NCBI GenBank assembly: GCA_035499075.1
Contig: DATJZN010000056.1
Span: forward strand, 96,894 to 160,893
Length of the DNA: 64,000 bases
Source: Myxococcota bacterium
GTDB taxonomy: Bacteria > Myxococcota_A > UBA9160 > SZUA-336
Direction: 5' to 3'
Shown here: one piece after another, positions 46,450 through 56,047 of the stretch
How the letters are laid out: each line of letters opens with the position of its first letter
How positions within the stretch are numbered: position 1 is the first letter of the stretch
The notes under the pieces: model-generated
Told to the model about the DNA's origin: nothing
The model's database searches: none
Seen by the model: the letters and a program-made list of their open reading frames with translations, nothing else
Position numbers and translations under genes: made by a program

Positions 46450-47787
46450 TCAGACGGCTGTGAAAGTCACGGGCAAACCGTCGCGCGGCTTGGAAATCGG
46501 CGCCTGCTGCACGGGCATGGTGTAGCCCTCGGGCACGCTCCAGCGATAGCGCAGCAGCAGGTGGTGCATGACGAGCCGCACCTGCGCTTCCGCGAAACGC
46601 AGCCCGAGGCACATGTGCGGGCCGCCGCCGAACGGCGTGAACACGTGGGTGTGTCGCTCGTGCTCGGCGCGCGCGGGCGCGAAGCGCTCGGGGTCCCAGC
46701 GGAACGGCTCGGTCCACCACTCGGCCATGTGGTGCGTGTGGATCGGCGAGACCACGACCATGCAGCCGGCGGGGATCGCGTAGCCGCCGAACTCGAAGTC
46801 CGCGGTGTTCACGCGCGGAATGACGGGCAGCGGCGGGTAGCGCCGCAGGGTCTCGTTCAGCGCGAGCCCCAGCGACTCGAGCTTGCTCACGTCTTCGAGC
46901 CCGGGCTCGGCGACGCCGAGCGCGCGGCTCTCCTCGCGCACGCGCTCCTGCCACTCGGGATGCTTCGCGAGCTCGTACGTGAGCGACGACAGCGTGCTCG
47001 TGGTCGTGTCGTGCGCGGCCATCATGAGGAAGATCATGTGGTCGAGCACCTCGGAGTCCGAGAACGCCTCGCCCTCGGGCGTGCGCGCGCGGCAGAGCCG
47101 GCTGAACATGTCGGGGCCGGCGTCGCCGTGCTTCTTCTCGAGCATGCCGGCGAGCAGGTCGAGCATGTACTTGCGGCCGGCCAGCCCGCGCGCGAACTCG
47201 CGTCCGACGAGGGGCAGGCGGATCCGCGACATCGACGCCGCGACCATGTGCTCGAACGCGGCGTTCATGGGCTTCGTCGTCGGGCCGAGGTCCATGCCGA
47301 CGAAGATCGAGGCCGCGAGCTCGAGCGTCATCTGCTTGTAGGCGCGGAACGCGAGGAGCGGCGCGCCCGAGCTCGCGAAGCCCGACACGGCGCGCGCGAT
47401 CGTCGGGTTCATGCGCTCCACGTACTCGCGCAGCGCGGGGCGCGTGAACGCCTCGTGCATGATCTTGCGGTGGTGCTTGTGCTCCAGGCCGTCGCGGAGG
47501 AGCAGCCCGTTCGGGAAGATGCGCCCCATGATCTGCGTCCACGGCTTCTGGGCGCTGAACATCTGCTCGCGGTCCATCAACACGAGGCGCGCCGCGTCGG
47601 GACCGAACAGGTTCACGAGCTTGAACGGGCCGGAGAGCTGCAACACCACGGGACCGAGCTCGTCGTACTGCTGCTCGAGGCCCGAAAGCATGTCGACGCG
47701 GCCGCCGCCGCTCGCGGCGACCATGCGGAGCCCCTTCAGGAACCCGAGGCGCGGCATGGAACGAATGGGCTTCGCGGTTTCGGTCAT
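46450..47787 (-). CDS. cytochrome P450
   Basis: I-helix AAHDTTT, ExxR ETLRR, haem-binding FGGGPHMCLG; 445 aa. Confidence 0.9.
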   Translation of the reverse strand: MTETAKPIRSMPRLGFLKGLRMVAASGGGRVDMLSGLEQQYDELGPVVLQLSGPFKLVNLFGPDAARLVLMDREQMFSAQKPWTQIMGRIFPNGLLLRDGLEHKHHRKIMHEAFTRPALREYVERMNPTIARAVSGFASSGAPLLAFRAYKQMTLELAASIFVGMDLGPTTKPMNAAFEHMVAASMSRIRLPLVGREFARGLAGRKYMLDLLAGMLEKKHGDAGPDMFSRLCRARTPEGEAFSDSEVLDHMIFLMMAAHDTTTSTLSSLTYELAKHPEWQERVREESRALGVAEPGLEDVSKLESLGLALNETLRRYPPLPVIPRVNTADFEFGGYAIPAGCMVVVSPIHTHHMAEWWTEPFRWDPERFAPARAEHERHTHVFTPFGGGPHMCLGLRFAEAQVRLVMHHLLLRYRWSVPEGYTMPVQQAPISKPRDGLPVTFTAV

Positions 47788-47816
47788 GGTCGAGTCACTC
47801 CCCTCCAGCGCCGAGT

Positions 47817-49619
47817 CTAGTCCAGATGCGGGCAAAGGCGACGGATGCGCTGGATCAGCTCGCGGCGGTCGACCGGCTTCGTGGCGAAATCGTCGCAGCC
47901 CGCCGCGAGGCAGCTCTCGCGCGTGCCCGGCACGGCGTGCGCGGTGAGCGCGATGACCGGCTGGGCGAAGCCGCGCCGGCGCAGCTCGGCGGTCGCTTCG
48001 TAGCCGTCGAGCCCGGGCATCTGCATGTCCATGAGCACGACGTCGAACGGACGCGACACGCGCTCCGCCTCCGCCACGGCGTCGAGCGCGGCGCGGCCGT
48101 CGGTCGCGGTCTCGACGTGGGACCCCGCGCGGCGCAAGAGGTGCGAGATCAGGCGCAGGTTGTCGGGGCCGTCGTCGACGACGAGCACGCGCGCGGCGAG
48201 CGGGCGCGGCTCGCCAGTCTCGAGCACCACGGTCTCTTCCGTCGCGGCGTACGGCACGAGCACCCGGAACGTGCTGCCCGCGCCGAGCTCGCTCTCCACT
48301 TCGATGCGGCCGCCGAGCAGCTCGATCAGCCGCTTGCACATCGTCAGGCCGAGCCCCATGCGCTCGGTGCCGCCGCTCTCCGTCGCGCCGCGCATCCCCG
48401 GCAGAAACAGCGACTCGAGCCGTTCGGGCGCGATGCCGCGCCCCGTGTCGCGCACGCGCAGGTCGAGGCACGTCTCGCCGTTCTCGCGCGCGACGCCGAG
48501 CGAGACCTTCACGCTGCCGCGCTGCGTGAAGCGCAGCGCGTTCTCGACGAGCCGCGCCGCGACCTGGCGCAGGCGCGCGGGATCGCTGCGCACGAGGCCG
48601 GGCAGCGGCGGCACGCGCTCGAACTCGAGGGCCACGCCGCGCGCCGCGGCTTGCGCGCGCAGCGGCTCGACGAGCCCCGCCACGAGCTCGGACGGCGAGA
48701 ACGAGATGCGCTCGAGCTCGAGCTTGCCCGCTTCGATCTTCGACAGATCCAGCAGGTCGTTGATCGTCTCCAGCAGCTGGCGGCCGTTGCGCTGGATGAT
48801 GGCGAGCGCGTCGACGTGGCGCGCCTCGAAGCCCTTCTCGCGCCACTCGTCGCGCAGCACGTCGGCGAAGCCGAGGATCGCGGTCATCGGCGTGCGCACC
48901 TCGTGCGTGAGGGTCGCGAGGAAGTCGCTCTTGGACTCGCTCGCGCGCTCGGCCTCGTCGCGCGCGTGCGCGAGCTCGCCGTTCGCCTTCTCGAGCGTGC
49001 GCAGCGACAGCTCCTTGTTGCGCTCGAACACCAGCCCGGCGAGCGTCACCAGCGTCGCGAGGGAGCCGATGCTCACCAGCCAATGGAGCGAGCGCCATTC
49101 GGGCAGGATCTGGTTCTGCAGCACGAGACCGTGGTGCTCGAGCCAGGCGAGCGAGCCCGCTTCCGCCACGACGAGCGCGGCCCAGAAGATCGCCCAGCGG
49201 CGCGACACGAGCGCGACCGCCGTCATGGGCACGAGCACGTTCCAGAAGCTCGGCGGCGAGACCGGCCCGCCCGCGTAGTAGGTCAGCACGGTCAGCGTCG
49301 CGAAGCCGTACGCGAGCATCCAGTTGCCCGCGAGCTTCGTCGAGCCCGTGAAGCGCAGCACGAAGGGCACCGCGCCGCACATGGGCACGCAGGCGAGCAC
49401 GATTGCCGCGAGCCGGTACGCGAGCGCGGGTGGGAAGGCGATCCACTCGAGCGCCGCGAGGAGGGGCACGAACGCCATCGGCAGGAACGAGAAGCCCGCG
49501 ACGAGCGTCGCGGAGCGCGCCGCGACGGGATCGCCGCGCAGGCGCGGCGGCACGAACGCGGCCTCGATCCTGGCCTCGAGCGCGCGCATGAACGCCGGCC
49601 ACTCCGACGGCCTACGCAT
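47817..49619 (-). CDS. hybrid sensor histidine kinase / response regulator (membrane sensor + HisKA + HATPase_c + REC)
   Basis: Six predicted TM helices; H-box LATLTHEVRTP; G-boxes DTGRGI and GLGLTMCKRL; receiver VLVVDDGPDN...DVVLMDMQMPGLDG...K; alternative start at 49589. Confidence 0.85.
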   Translation of the reverse strand: MRRPSEWPAFMRALEARIEAAFVPPRLRGDPVAARSATLVAGFSFLPMAFVPLLAALEWIAFPPALAYRLAAIVLACVPMCGAVPFVLRFTGSTKLAGNWMLAYGFATLTVLTYYAGGPVSPPSFWNVLVPMTAVALVSRRWAIFWAALVVAEAGSLAWLEHHGLVLQNQILPEWRSLHWLVSIGSLATLVTLAGLVFERNKELSLRTLEKANGELAHARDEAERASESKSDFLATLTHEVRTPMTAILGFADVLRDEWREKGFEARHVDALAIIQRNGRQLLETINDLLDLSKIEAGKLELERISFSPSELVAGLVEPLRAQAAARGVALEFERVPPLPGLVRSDPARLRQVAARLVENALRFTQRGSVKVSLGVARENGETCLDLRVRDTGRGIAPERLESLFLPGMRGATESGGTERMGLGLTMCKRLIELLGGRIEVESELGAGSTFRVLVPYAATEETVVLETGEPRPLAARVLVVDDGPDNLRLISHLLRRAGSHVETATDGRAALDAVAEAERVSRPFDVVLMDMQMPGLDGYEATAELRRRGFAQPVIALTAHAVPGTRESCLAAGCDDFATKPVDRRELIQRIRRLCPHLD

Positions 49620-51021
49620 CGCTCTTCTCCGCGCCGAGCGGCAGCTCGACCCAGAACGTGCTGCCCGCGCCCACTCGGCTCTCGGCGCCGATCTCGCCGC
49701 CGAGCAGCTCGACGAGGCGCTTCGAGATCGACAGGCCCAGGCCCGTGCCGCCGTAGCGCCGCGCCGTGGAGGCGTCGGCCTGCGCGAACGGCTGGAACAG
49801 CCGGCCCATCTGCTCCTCCGAGATGCCGATCCCGCTGTCCTGCACCTCGAAGCGCAGCCGCGGACCGCGCGCGCCGTCGCGCTCGGCGAGCCGCAGCACC
49901 ACGCGGCCGGCGTCGGTGAACTTCAGCGCGTTGCCGAGCAGGTTGACGAGGACCTGGCGCAGCCGCCGCAGGTCGGTGTAGAGCGCCTCCGGCAGCGCGG
50001 GCGCGCACTCGACCGAGAGCGACAGCCCCTTCGCCTCGGCGCGGATGCTCATGAGACCCACCACCTCGGTCACCAGCTCGATCGGCGAGACGCGCGTCAC
50101 CTCCAGGTCGGAGTGCCCGGCGGCGATCTTCGAGAAGTCGAGGATGTCGTTGATGATCGACAGCAGGTGCTCGCCGTTGCGCCGGATCGTGCCGAGCGTG
50201 TTCGCGTAGCGCGCCGGCACCGCGCCGGACTCGCTCTCGCGCATCAGCAGCTCCGCGTAGCCGAGGATCGCCGTGAGCGGCGTGCGGATCTCGTGGCTCA
50301 CGTTCGCGAGGAAGTCGCTCTTGCTGCGGTTCGCCGCCTCGGCTTCGTCGCGCGCGCGTTCGAGCGCCAGGTTCGCGGCCACGAGCGTGCGGAGCGCCGA
50401 CTCCTTCGCGCGCTCGTAGATCATCACGAACACGAGACACAAGATCGTGATCGCCGAGATGCTCGACACCCAGAGCGGCGTGCGGCGCTCGAGCGGCAGG
50501 CGGTTGTGGAACTCGATCCCGCGCAGGTGCAGCGCGTACACCACCGCGTACTCGGCCATGCAGAGCGCGAGCCACGGCAGCGCCAGCCGCGGGCCGCCCG
50601 TCAGCATGGCCACCAGCGGGAGAATGATCGTCCAGTAGATCGACGACGAGAACGGCCCGCCGAACAGCGATGCCAGCGCGGTCAGCTGGACGAAGCTGTA
50701 GAAGAGCAGCAGGTTCGCGGCATGCTCGACGCGCCCCGTGGTGCGCAGGATGACGAGCGCGCCGAGCGACGCCGCGTTCGAGCCGAGCACGAGCGACACC
50801 GCGAACGTCGCGGTGTCGGCCGGCAGGCTGGTCGCGTAGGTCCACGCGAAGCCCGGCGACAAGAGCAGCGGCACCCAGCACGAGTACACCGCAGTGCGCG
50901 CGCGCCGCAGCGTATCGGCGTCGCTGCGCAGAGACTCGGGGACGAACCAGAGCACCAGCCGCTCGAAGGCGTGCGGCGTCGACCCTGCGCCGGGTGCCGG
51001 GCGTGGCTCGCGTCTTGGCAT
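49612..51021 (-). CDS. sensor histidine kinase with polytopic membrane sensor domain (paralog of the downstream hybrid kinase N-terminus)
   Basis: H-box LANVSHEIRTP; N-box/G-boxes VLVNLLGNALKF, DSGIGI, GLGLSISKRL; TM-rich N-terminus alignable to the neighbouring kinase. Confidence 0.85.
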   Translation of the reverse strand: MPRREPRPAPGAGSTPHAFERLVLWFVPESLRSDADTLRRARTAVYSCWVPLLLSPGFAWTYATSLPADTATFAVSLVLGSNAASLGALVILRTTGRVEHAANLLLFYSFVQLTALASLFGGPFSSSIYWTIILPLVAMLTGGPRLALPWLALCMAEYAVVYALHLRGIEFHNRLPLERRTPLWVSSISAITILCLVFVMIYERAKESALRTLVAANLALERARDEAEAANRSKSDFLANVSHEIRTPLTAILGYAELLMRESESGAVPARYANTLGTIRRNGEHLLSIINDILDFSKIAAGHSDLEVTRVSPIELVTEVVGLMSIRAEAKGLSLSVECAPALPEALYTDLRRLRQVLVNLLGNALKFTDAGRVVLRLAERDGARGPRLRFEVQDSGIGISEEQMGRLFQPFAQADASTARRYGGTGLGLSISKRLVELLGGEIGAESRVGAGSTFWVELPLGAEKSDA

Positions 51022-51037
51022 GCCGCGCCCCCGGGGA

Positions 51038-51655
51038 TCAGATCTCGCGCGTCATGTGCCAGACGATGCGGTCGGACTCCGGCCGCTCCCAGGCCCACAG
51101 ATCGGGCGAGTTGTGTTGACGCGCCATCTCGTTCGTGAAGCCGTCGGACGCCCACACCAGCGCGTCCGGATACTCGCGCGCCTGGGTCACTTCGATGAGC
51201 CAGCGCATCTTCCGGTCGGGATCCGGCTTGTGCGTCGTGCGACCGAAGTTGAGGATGCTCGAGCTGATCGTGGTGAGCCGCGTGAGGTCGCGGCCGAACG
51301 CCAGGAAGCGCGCTTCCTTGTCGCTCTCTCGCACGAACAGCGTGCGGTGCGTGTACTCGAGCTGCTGGTAGAGCCCGGCCTCGAGCAGGCGCTTCGCGTT
51401 CTTCGCGCCGCGCTTGCGCAGATACTCGTTGCTGCCGCCGCCCTCGACGTCGCGCAAGAGCTCGCTGAAGCGGGAGTACGCGCGGATGTCGTACCACTCG
51501 TGCGCCTGGACCGGCTCCTTGAAGAGCTCGAGGTCCTTCGGCTTGAGCCAGCGCGACAGCTCCTCCTGCTTCACGCGCTTCGCCGCGAGCAGCTTCTGGG
51601 TGTCTTCGACGAGGTGAACGAACACCGAGCCCTTGATCGAGGGGACGACCGGCAT
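51038..51655 (-). CDS. hypothetical protein, possibly DUF2378/TIGR02265-like (Myxococcales paralogous family)
   Basis: 205 aa, soluble; size and composition resemble TIGR02265 members; assignment from memory only. Confidence 0.45.
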   Translation of the reverse strand: MPVVPSIKGSVFVHLVEDTQKLLAAKRVKQEELSRWLKPKDLELFKEPVQAHEWYDIRAYSRFSELLRDVEGGGSNEYLRKRGAKNAKRLLEAGLYQQLEYTHRTLFVRESDKEARFLAFGRDLTRLTTISSSILNFGRTTHKPDPDRKMRWLIEVTQAREYPDALVWASDGFTNEMARQHNSPDLWAWERPESDRIVWHMTREI

Positions 51656-51768
51656 GGCACTGTTCCTTCGACCCTTCGAATCGGCGTCCGGCTTACCCCG
51701 CTGTAGGTGCGGAGCCCTCGGCCCGCGCGGCGGCGCTGCACGCGCATGCGCACGCAGCTCGGGCGCAT

Positions 51769-53193
51769 TCACGGCTCGGCGAGCGAGAGATGTCCGTCGC
51801 GCAGCTCCACGGTCGGGCAGAAGTCGCCGGCCGGCTCGCGCGTCCACCAGGCGCCCGCGCGCCACTCGGCGAAAGAGGCGAACTTGTACCGGAAGAGCGG
51901 CGTGCGCAGGTAGCGCGGCGGCGCGTCCGGGAACGGGTTCCGCGCGAGCAGGGCCGAGACGCTCGGCGAGCCCTCGAGCAGCCGCACGAGGAACGCCTGG
52001 AACCAGGGCTCGTCGCGGCACGTCGAGAGCGCCGCGAACCACATCTGCCAGTCGACGCGCGGCATGTGCGGGCCCGCGAAACCGGGCCGGCGCTCGAGCG
52101 GGCCGGGCTTCCAGCGGAACTCGTAGGCACGCCACTCCGCGCCGTCGCTCGAGCCTTCGATCTGGATCTCGGGCCGCTCGCGCGTCATCACGGCGAACAG
52201 GCCGTACGAGTTGACGCTGCGCAGGGGCCAGAGCCAGCCGAGCGCGGCGCGCGCCGGCTCGGGAAAGGCGGCGCGCGGGGTCAGCCGCTCGAGCGCGACG
52301 CCGACGCTGGCGAGCAGCAGCAGCGCGGCCGCGACACGCCAGGGAGTGACACGCTTTGGTGTCGGGTGTTCCGGAGCCGGTCCGATCCACCGCGCCAGCA
52401 TGCGGTCGTCGAGCGCCGCGAAGCACAGGGCCAGCGTCAGCCCGTTGAAGAAGCCGTAGTTGCCCGTGCCGGCGATGAGGAGCTGCAGCCCCGCGAGCAC
52501 CGCCGCGCTCGCCCCCCGCACGCGCCGCGGACCCAGGATTCCCCAGGGCACGAGACACTCGATCGCGACCGTCGCGGCCGTCGACGCCTTCTGCACCCCG
52601 ACGGGCAGCTGCGCGGCGAAGAAGCTCGCCTCCCACGGCAGCGGCTGCGTCCAGAAGTGGTAGGTGAGCGCCGTGCCGTCGCGCCACGTCGAATCGCCCG
52701 ACAAGAGCTTCACCGCGCCCGACATGAACATCAGCTTCAGGAGGAGCGCGCGCGCGAGCCACACGCCGAGGCGCGGCTCGCTCGACGCCGCGAACAGCGC
52801 CACGAGCCCGGCCTCGAGCAACAGCGCATCCCACTGGAAGCTCAAGAACACGTCGCCCACGTTCACGAGCGAGAGGTACGCGAGCCACGCCGCGAGCGCG
52901 GCCCACGACCGGAAGCGCCCGGCGACCAGGAGCGCCGCCGCGATCGCGCCGGCTCCGCACATCGCGCGCAGCGCCCAGTCACTCGCACCGGTCACCCAGA
53001 ACAGGGTGGGCAGCACGAGCGGCGCGCTGGCGCCCGCGCGGTCGCGGACGAACTCGAGCAGCTGCCCCGCCGGGGCGATGCCGGACGCGCCCACCAAGCC
53101 GATGATCTGCACCGCGAGCGAAGCGAACGCGCACAGGTAGACCCCGCCCAGGAGGCGCAGGAAGAGCTCGGCAACCCGCTCTGTCGGCTCCAC
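51769..53193 (-). CDS. lipase maturation factor (LMF) family membrane protein
   Basis: N-terminal polytopic domain ELFLRLLGGVYLCAFASLAVQIIGL plus C-terminal soluble domain, matching the LMF1-like layout; GTG start inferred. Confidence 0.6.
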   Translation of the reverse strand: MEPTERVAELFLRLLGGVYLCAFASLAVQIIGLVGASGIAPAGQLLEFVRDRAGASAPLVLPTLFWVTGASDWALRAMCGAGAIAAALLVAGRFRSWAALAAWLAYLSLVNVGDVFLSFQWDALLLEAGLVALFAASSEPRLGVWLARALLLKLMFMSGAVKLLSGDSTWRDGTALTYHFWTQPLPWEASFFAAQLPVGVQKASTAATVAIECLVPWGILGPRRVRGASAAVLAGLQLLIAGTGNYGFFNGLTLALCFAALDDRMLARWIGPAPEHPTPKRVTPWRVAAALLLLASVGVALERLTPRAAFPEPARAALGWLWPLRSVNSYGLFAVMTRERPEIQIEGSSDGAEWRAYEFRWKPGPLERRPGFAGPHMPRVDWQMWFAALSTCRDEPWFQAFLVRLLEGSPSVSALLARNPFPDAPPRYLRTPLFRYKFASFAEWRAGAWWTREPAGDFCPTVELRDGHLSLAEP

Positions 53194-53245
53194 GCCGGAC
53201 GTGGTAGAACACGGCGCTCCCGAAGGGAAGCAAGAGGAGATCGCC

Positions 53246-54544
53246 ATGGAGCTTCGCAAGGTGGTGTTGGTGGACGGCGTGCGGTCGGCGTTCGCGCGCG
53301 GCGGGCGCGGGAAGCTCGTCGCCACGCGGCTCGACGAGGCCGGTGCGCAGGTGCTGCGCGCGCTGCTGTCGCGCAATCCGAAGGTGCGCCCGACGGCGAT
53401 CGAGGACATCGGGCTCGGCAACGTGGCGGGCTCGGGCGAGTTCGTCGGACTGGGTACCGTGGCGCGGCTCGCCGGCCTGCCGCTGGAAGCCTGCAACTTC
53501 GTCACGAACCGCCAGTGCGGCTCGAGCATGGAGACGCTACACCGCGTGGTGACGTCGATCATGACCGGCGCGACGGAGTGCGGCATCGCCCTCGGCATCG
53601 AGCGCATGGGGCGCGCGCTCGGCGGCGGGCCACGCGCGCCGCAGACGCGGCTCACGAAGCTCAACCCGCGCCTGTTCAAGCTGACGCCCGAGCAGCGCAA
53701 CATGGCGCCCGACCACGACCAGACCTTCTCGGTGAAGTTCCCCGACTACATCCTCGACTCGCCGCCGCTGCAGTCGATGACCCAGACCGCGCAGAACGCG
53801 GCCGAGTGCTACGGGCTGTCGCGCGCCGAGCTCGACGCCTTCGCCGCCGAGAGTCACCGCAAGTGCGCGCGCGCGTACGAGGGCGGCTTCTACAAGGACG
53901 AGATCGTGCCGCTCGAGGTCGAGGAGCCCGTGTTCGACGCCGAGGGCAACTGGGTCGAGGCCGAGACCGGCAAGACCGTGCTCTTCGACCGCGACGAGTG
54001 CCTGCGCGCCGACACCACCGCGGAGAAGCTCGGCGCGCTGCAACCCGTGAAGGGAATCGTGAGCTTCGGCAAGCAAGAGCTCGTCATCACTGCGGGGAAC
54101 TCGTGCCCGACCAACGACGGCATCTCGGCTGCGCTGCTCATGAGCGAGGACAAGGCGCGGGAGCTGCGGCTCGAGCCGCTGGCGCGCATCGTGGGCGTGG
54201 GCGTCGCCGGCGTGAAGCCGCAGGTGATGGGCCTCGGCCCGATCCCGTCCACGAAGAAGGCGCTGCGCCACGCGGGAATCACCGCCGACGAGATCGACCG
54301 CGTGGAGTTCAACGAGGCGTTCGCCGCGCAGGTCATTCCGTCGCTGCGCGACCTCGGCATCTCGCCCGACAAGAGCAACGTGAACGGCGGCTCGATCGCG
54401 ATCGGCCACCCGCTCGGCGCGACCGGTGCGCGGCTCGTGACGACGGTCGCACGCGAGCTGCGCAGGAGCGGCGGGCGCTACGGCCTGGCCACGCAGTGCA
54501 TCGGTGCGGGCATGGGCATCTCGACCATCCTCGAGAGGATCTAG
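53246..54544 (+). CDS. acetyl-CoA C-acyltransferase (thiolase, FadI/FadA-like)
   Basis: Thiolase blocks NRQCGSSMETL (active Cys), NVNGGSIAIGHPLGATGARL, CIGAGMG; start at internal ATG with GGAGA RBS. Confidence 0.85.
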   Translation: MELRKVVLVDGVRSAFARGGRGKLVATRLDEAGAQVLRALLSRNPKVRPTAIEDIGLGNVAGSGEFVGLGTVARLAGLPLEACNFVTNRQCGSSMETLHRVVTSIMTGATECGIALGIERMGRALGGGPRAPQTRLTKLNPRLFKLTPEQRNMAPDHDQTFSVKFPDYILDSPPLQSMTQTAQNAAECYGLSRAELDAFAAESHRKCARAYEGGFYKDEIVPLEVEEPVFDAEGNWVEAETGKTVLFDRDECLRADTTAEKLGALQPVKGIVSFGKQELVITAGNSCPTNDGISAALLMSEDKARELRLEPLARIVGVGVAGVKPQVMGLGPIPSTKKALRHAGITADEIDRVEFNEAFAAQVIPSLRDLGISPDKSNVNGGSIAIGHPLGATGARLVTTVARELRRSGGRYGLATQCIGAGMGISTILERI

Positions 54545-54546
54545 TC

Positions 54547-54999
54547 GTGTCCGCCGAGGTCGGAGAGAGCGCGCCGGACTTCGCGCTGCCGTCGAGCCGC
54601 GGGCCGGTGGCGCTCAAGAGCCTGCTGGCCAAGGGCCCCGTGCTGCTCGTCTTCTACCCCGGCGATGACACACCCGTGTGTACCAAGCAGCTCTGCGACT
54701 ACCGCGACAACCTCGCGGTGTTCGAGAAGCTGGGCGTGCAGGTGGTCGCGCTGAACCCGCAGAGCGAGGCGTCGCACCAGAAGTTCGCCGAGAAGCACCG
54801 CCTGCCGTTCCCCGTCGCTGCGGACGGGGGCGGCAACGTGACGAAGGCGTACGGCGCGCGCGGCCTGTTCGGCATGACCAAGCGCGCGCTCGTGCTCGTC
54901 GGGCGCGACGGCAAGGTCGTGTGGCGGAAGGTCGACTTCCCGCTGTTCTACGAGACGACCGACGACGTGCGCGGCGCGCTCGAGCGGCTGCGGCTGTAA
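54547..54999 (+). CDS. bcp: peroxiredoxin, Bcp-type thiol peroxidase
   Basis: GESAPDFALP...LLVFYPGDDTPVCTKQLCDYRD peroxidatic Cys motif; GTG start 3 nt after thiolase stop. Confidence 0.85.
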   Translation: MSAEVGESAPDFALPSSRGPVALKSLLAKGPVLLVFYPGDDTPVCTKQLCDYRDNLAVFEKLGVQVVALNPQSEASHQKFAEKHRLPFPVAADGGGNVTKAYGARGLFGMTKRALVLVGRDGKVVWRKVDFPLFYETTDDVRGALERLRL

Positions 55000-55766
55000 C
55001 GCGCCACGCGCGCCGGGTCGGCGCGTTCCATCTGCAGCACCAGCAGCCCGTCGAGCGAGTCGCCGAAGGCGCGGTCGACGTGCCACGCCGCGAACTCACC
55101 GCCCAGCTCGAGGTAGCGCTTCACCAGGACGGGCAGGCCCGCGCCGTCGGGCTCGAGCGCCGAGACCTGCGCCGACAGCTCGCGCGGCTCGGCGAGCGCG
55201 TGCGCTGCGGAGAAGTCGGCCGCATCCAGCTCGAACGGCACGCGCGCGCGCACCAGACCGTCGCTCTCGAGATGCCGGTGGTGCAGCAGCAGCGCGGCAG
55301 CGACGAGCCCGCGCGAACGGCGCGAGTAGCTCGACGACACCGACACGGCGCCGAAGAGCGAGCGCGCGCCCGTGAGCTCGACGGCGCCGTGGATGCCCTT
55401 CCACAGCAGCGCCAGGACGCGCGAGCAGCGCTGGTACTCGGGCGTGACGAACGCGCGGCCGAGCTCGATCGCGGGGCCGAGCTTCGCCAGGAACTCGCGA
55501 TCGTAGTCGAACAGCGTGTGCGTGTAGAGCGCGTGCGGGAGCTCGTGCGCGGCGAACTCCTCGGTCGCGGCGAGCCGGTATGCGCCGGCCAGCGCGCGGC
55601 GCTCGCGATCCCACACGAACAAGTGTCCGTAGCGCGAATCGAAGCGGTCCAGGTCCAGGTCGCCGCCCGTGCCCTCGCCGACGGCGCGGAACGCGCACTC
55701 GCGCAGACGCCCGATCTCTCGCAGGAGCTCGGGGATCTGCGGCGCGCGCGCCAGCGCGACCAGCAT
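54948..55766 (-). CDS. olsB: ornithine-acyl-ACP N-acyltransferase-like GNAT (OlsB family)
   Basis: OlsB-like N-terminal block LVALARAPQIPELLREIGRLRECAF...DLDRFDSRYGHLFVWD. ORF is open to ATG 55889, but the first 22 codons have atypical A/T-ending codons and contain direct repeats, so the ATG at 55766 is preferred. Confidence 0.6.
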   Translation of the reverse strand: MLVALARAPQIPELLREIGRLRECAFRAVGEGTGGDLDLDRFDSRYGHLFVWDRERRALAGAYRLAATEEFAAHELPHALYTHTLFDYDREFLAKLGPAIELGRAFVTPEYQRCSRVLALLWKGIHGAVELTGARSLFGAVSVSSSYSRRSRGLVAAALLLHHRHLESDGLVRARVPFELDAADFSAAHALAEPRELSAQVSALEPDGAGLPVLVKRYLELGGEFAAWHVDRAFGDSLDGLLVLQMERADPARVARYSRSRSSAPRTSSVVS

Positions 55767-55845
55767 GCGGTCGGTTTCCAGCAGCCGTGCGCTCTCCGGC
55801 AGTCGGGCGATCTCGGCTTCGAGAACGCCGTGGCGACACGGATCT

Positions 55846-55881
55846 GCGTCACACGAGAATGCGTCACACGTAAATGCGTAG
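55846..55881. promoter_or_regulatory. direct repeats TGCGTCACACG (x2, plus partial third copy TGCGTA) with 4-nt spacers in the olsB 5' region
   Basis: Plus strand TGCGTCACACG-agaa-TGCGTCACACG-taaa-TGCGTA; lies in the AT-richer divergent olsB/olsA intergenic region. Confidence 0.3.
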
Positions 55882-56047
55882 TCGTTCATTTGCCCGTAAG
55901 TTCGGTTTCTCTCATGACGAACCGCGTTCGCGCCGGCGAAGAAACGGCGAGCACCCGGTTCGTACGCGAATCGTCACCGGGCCGTCACGCGCGCGGCCGA
56001 GCTTCCCTGCAGAACGAGACGAACAAACAAGCGAGGGAACCATCGTG

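Noticed and set aside
51790-54999. 1069-codon plus-strand ORF
   Set aside because: Only the terminal 150 codons (Bcp peroxiredoxin) are genuine. Upstream it is antisense to the LMF-family gene and out of frame with the thiolase.
55846-55881. Interpreting the olsB-upstream direct repeats as a canonical Pho box
   Set aside because: The repeat period is 15 nt (11-mer plus 4-nt spacer), not the 7+4 = 11-nt period of PhoB sites. Kept only as a generic direct-repeat regulatory candidate.
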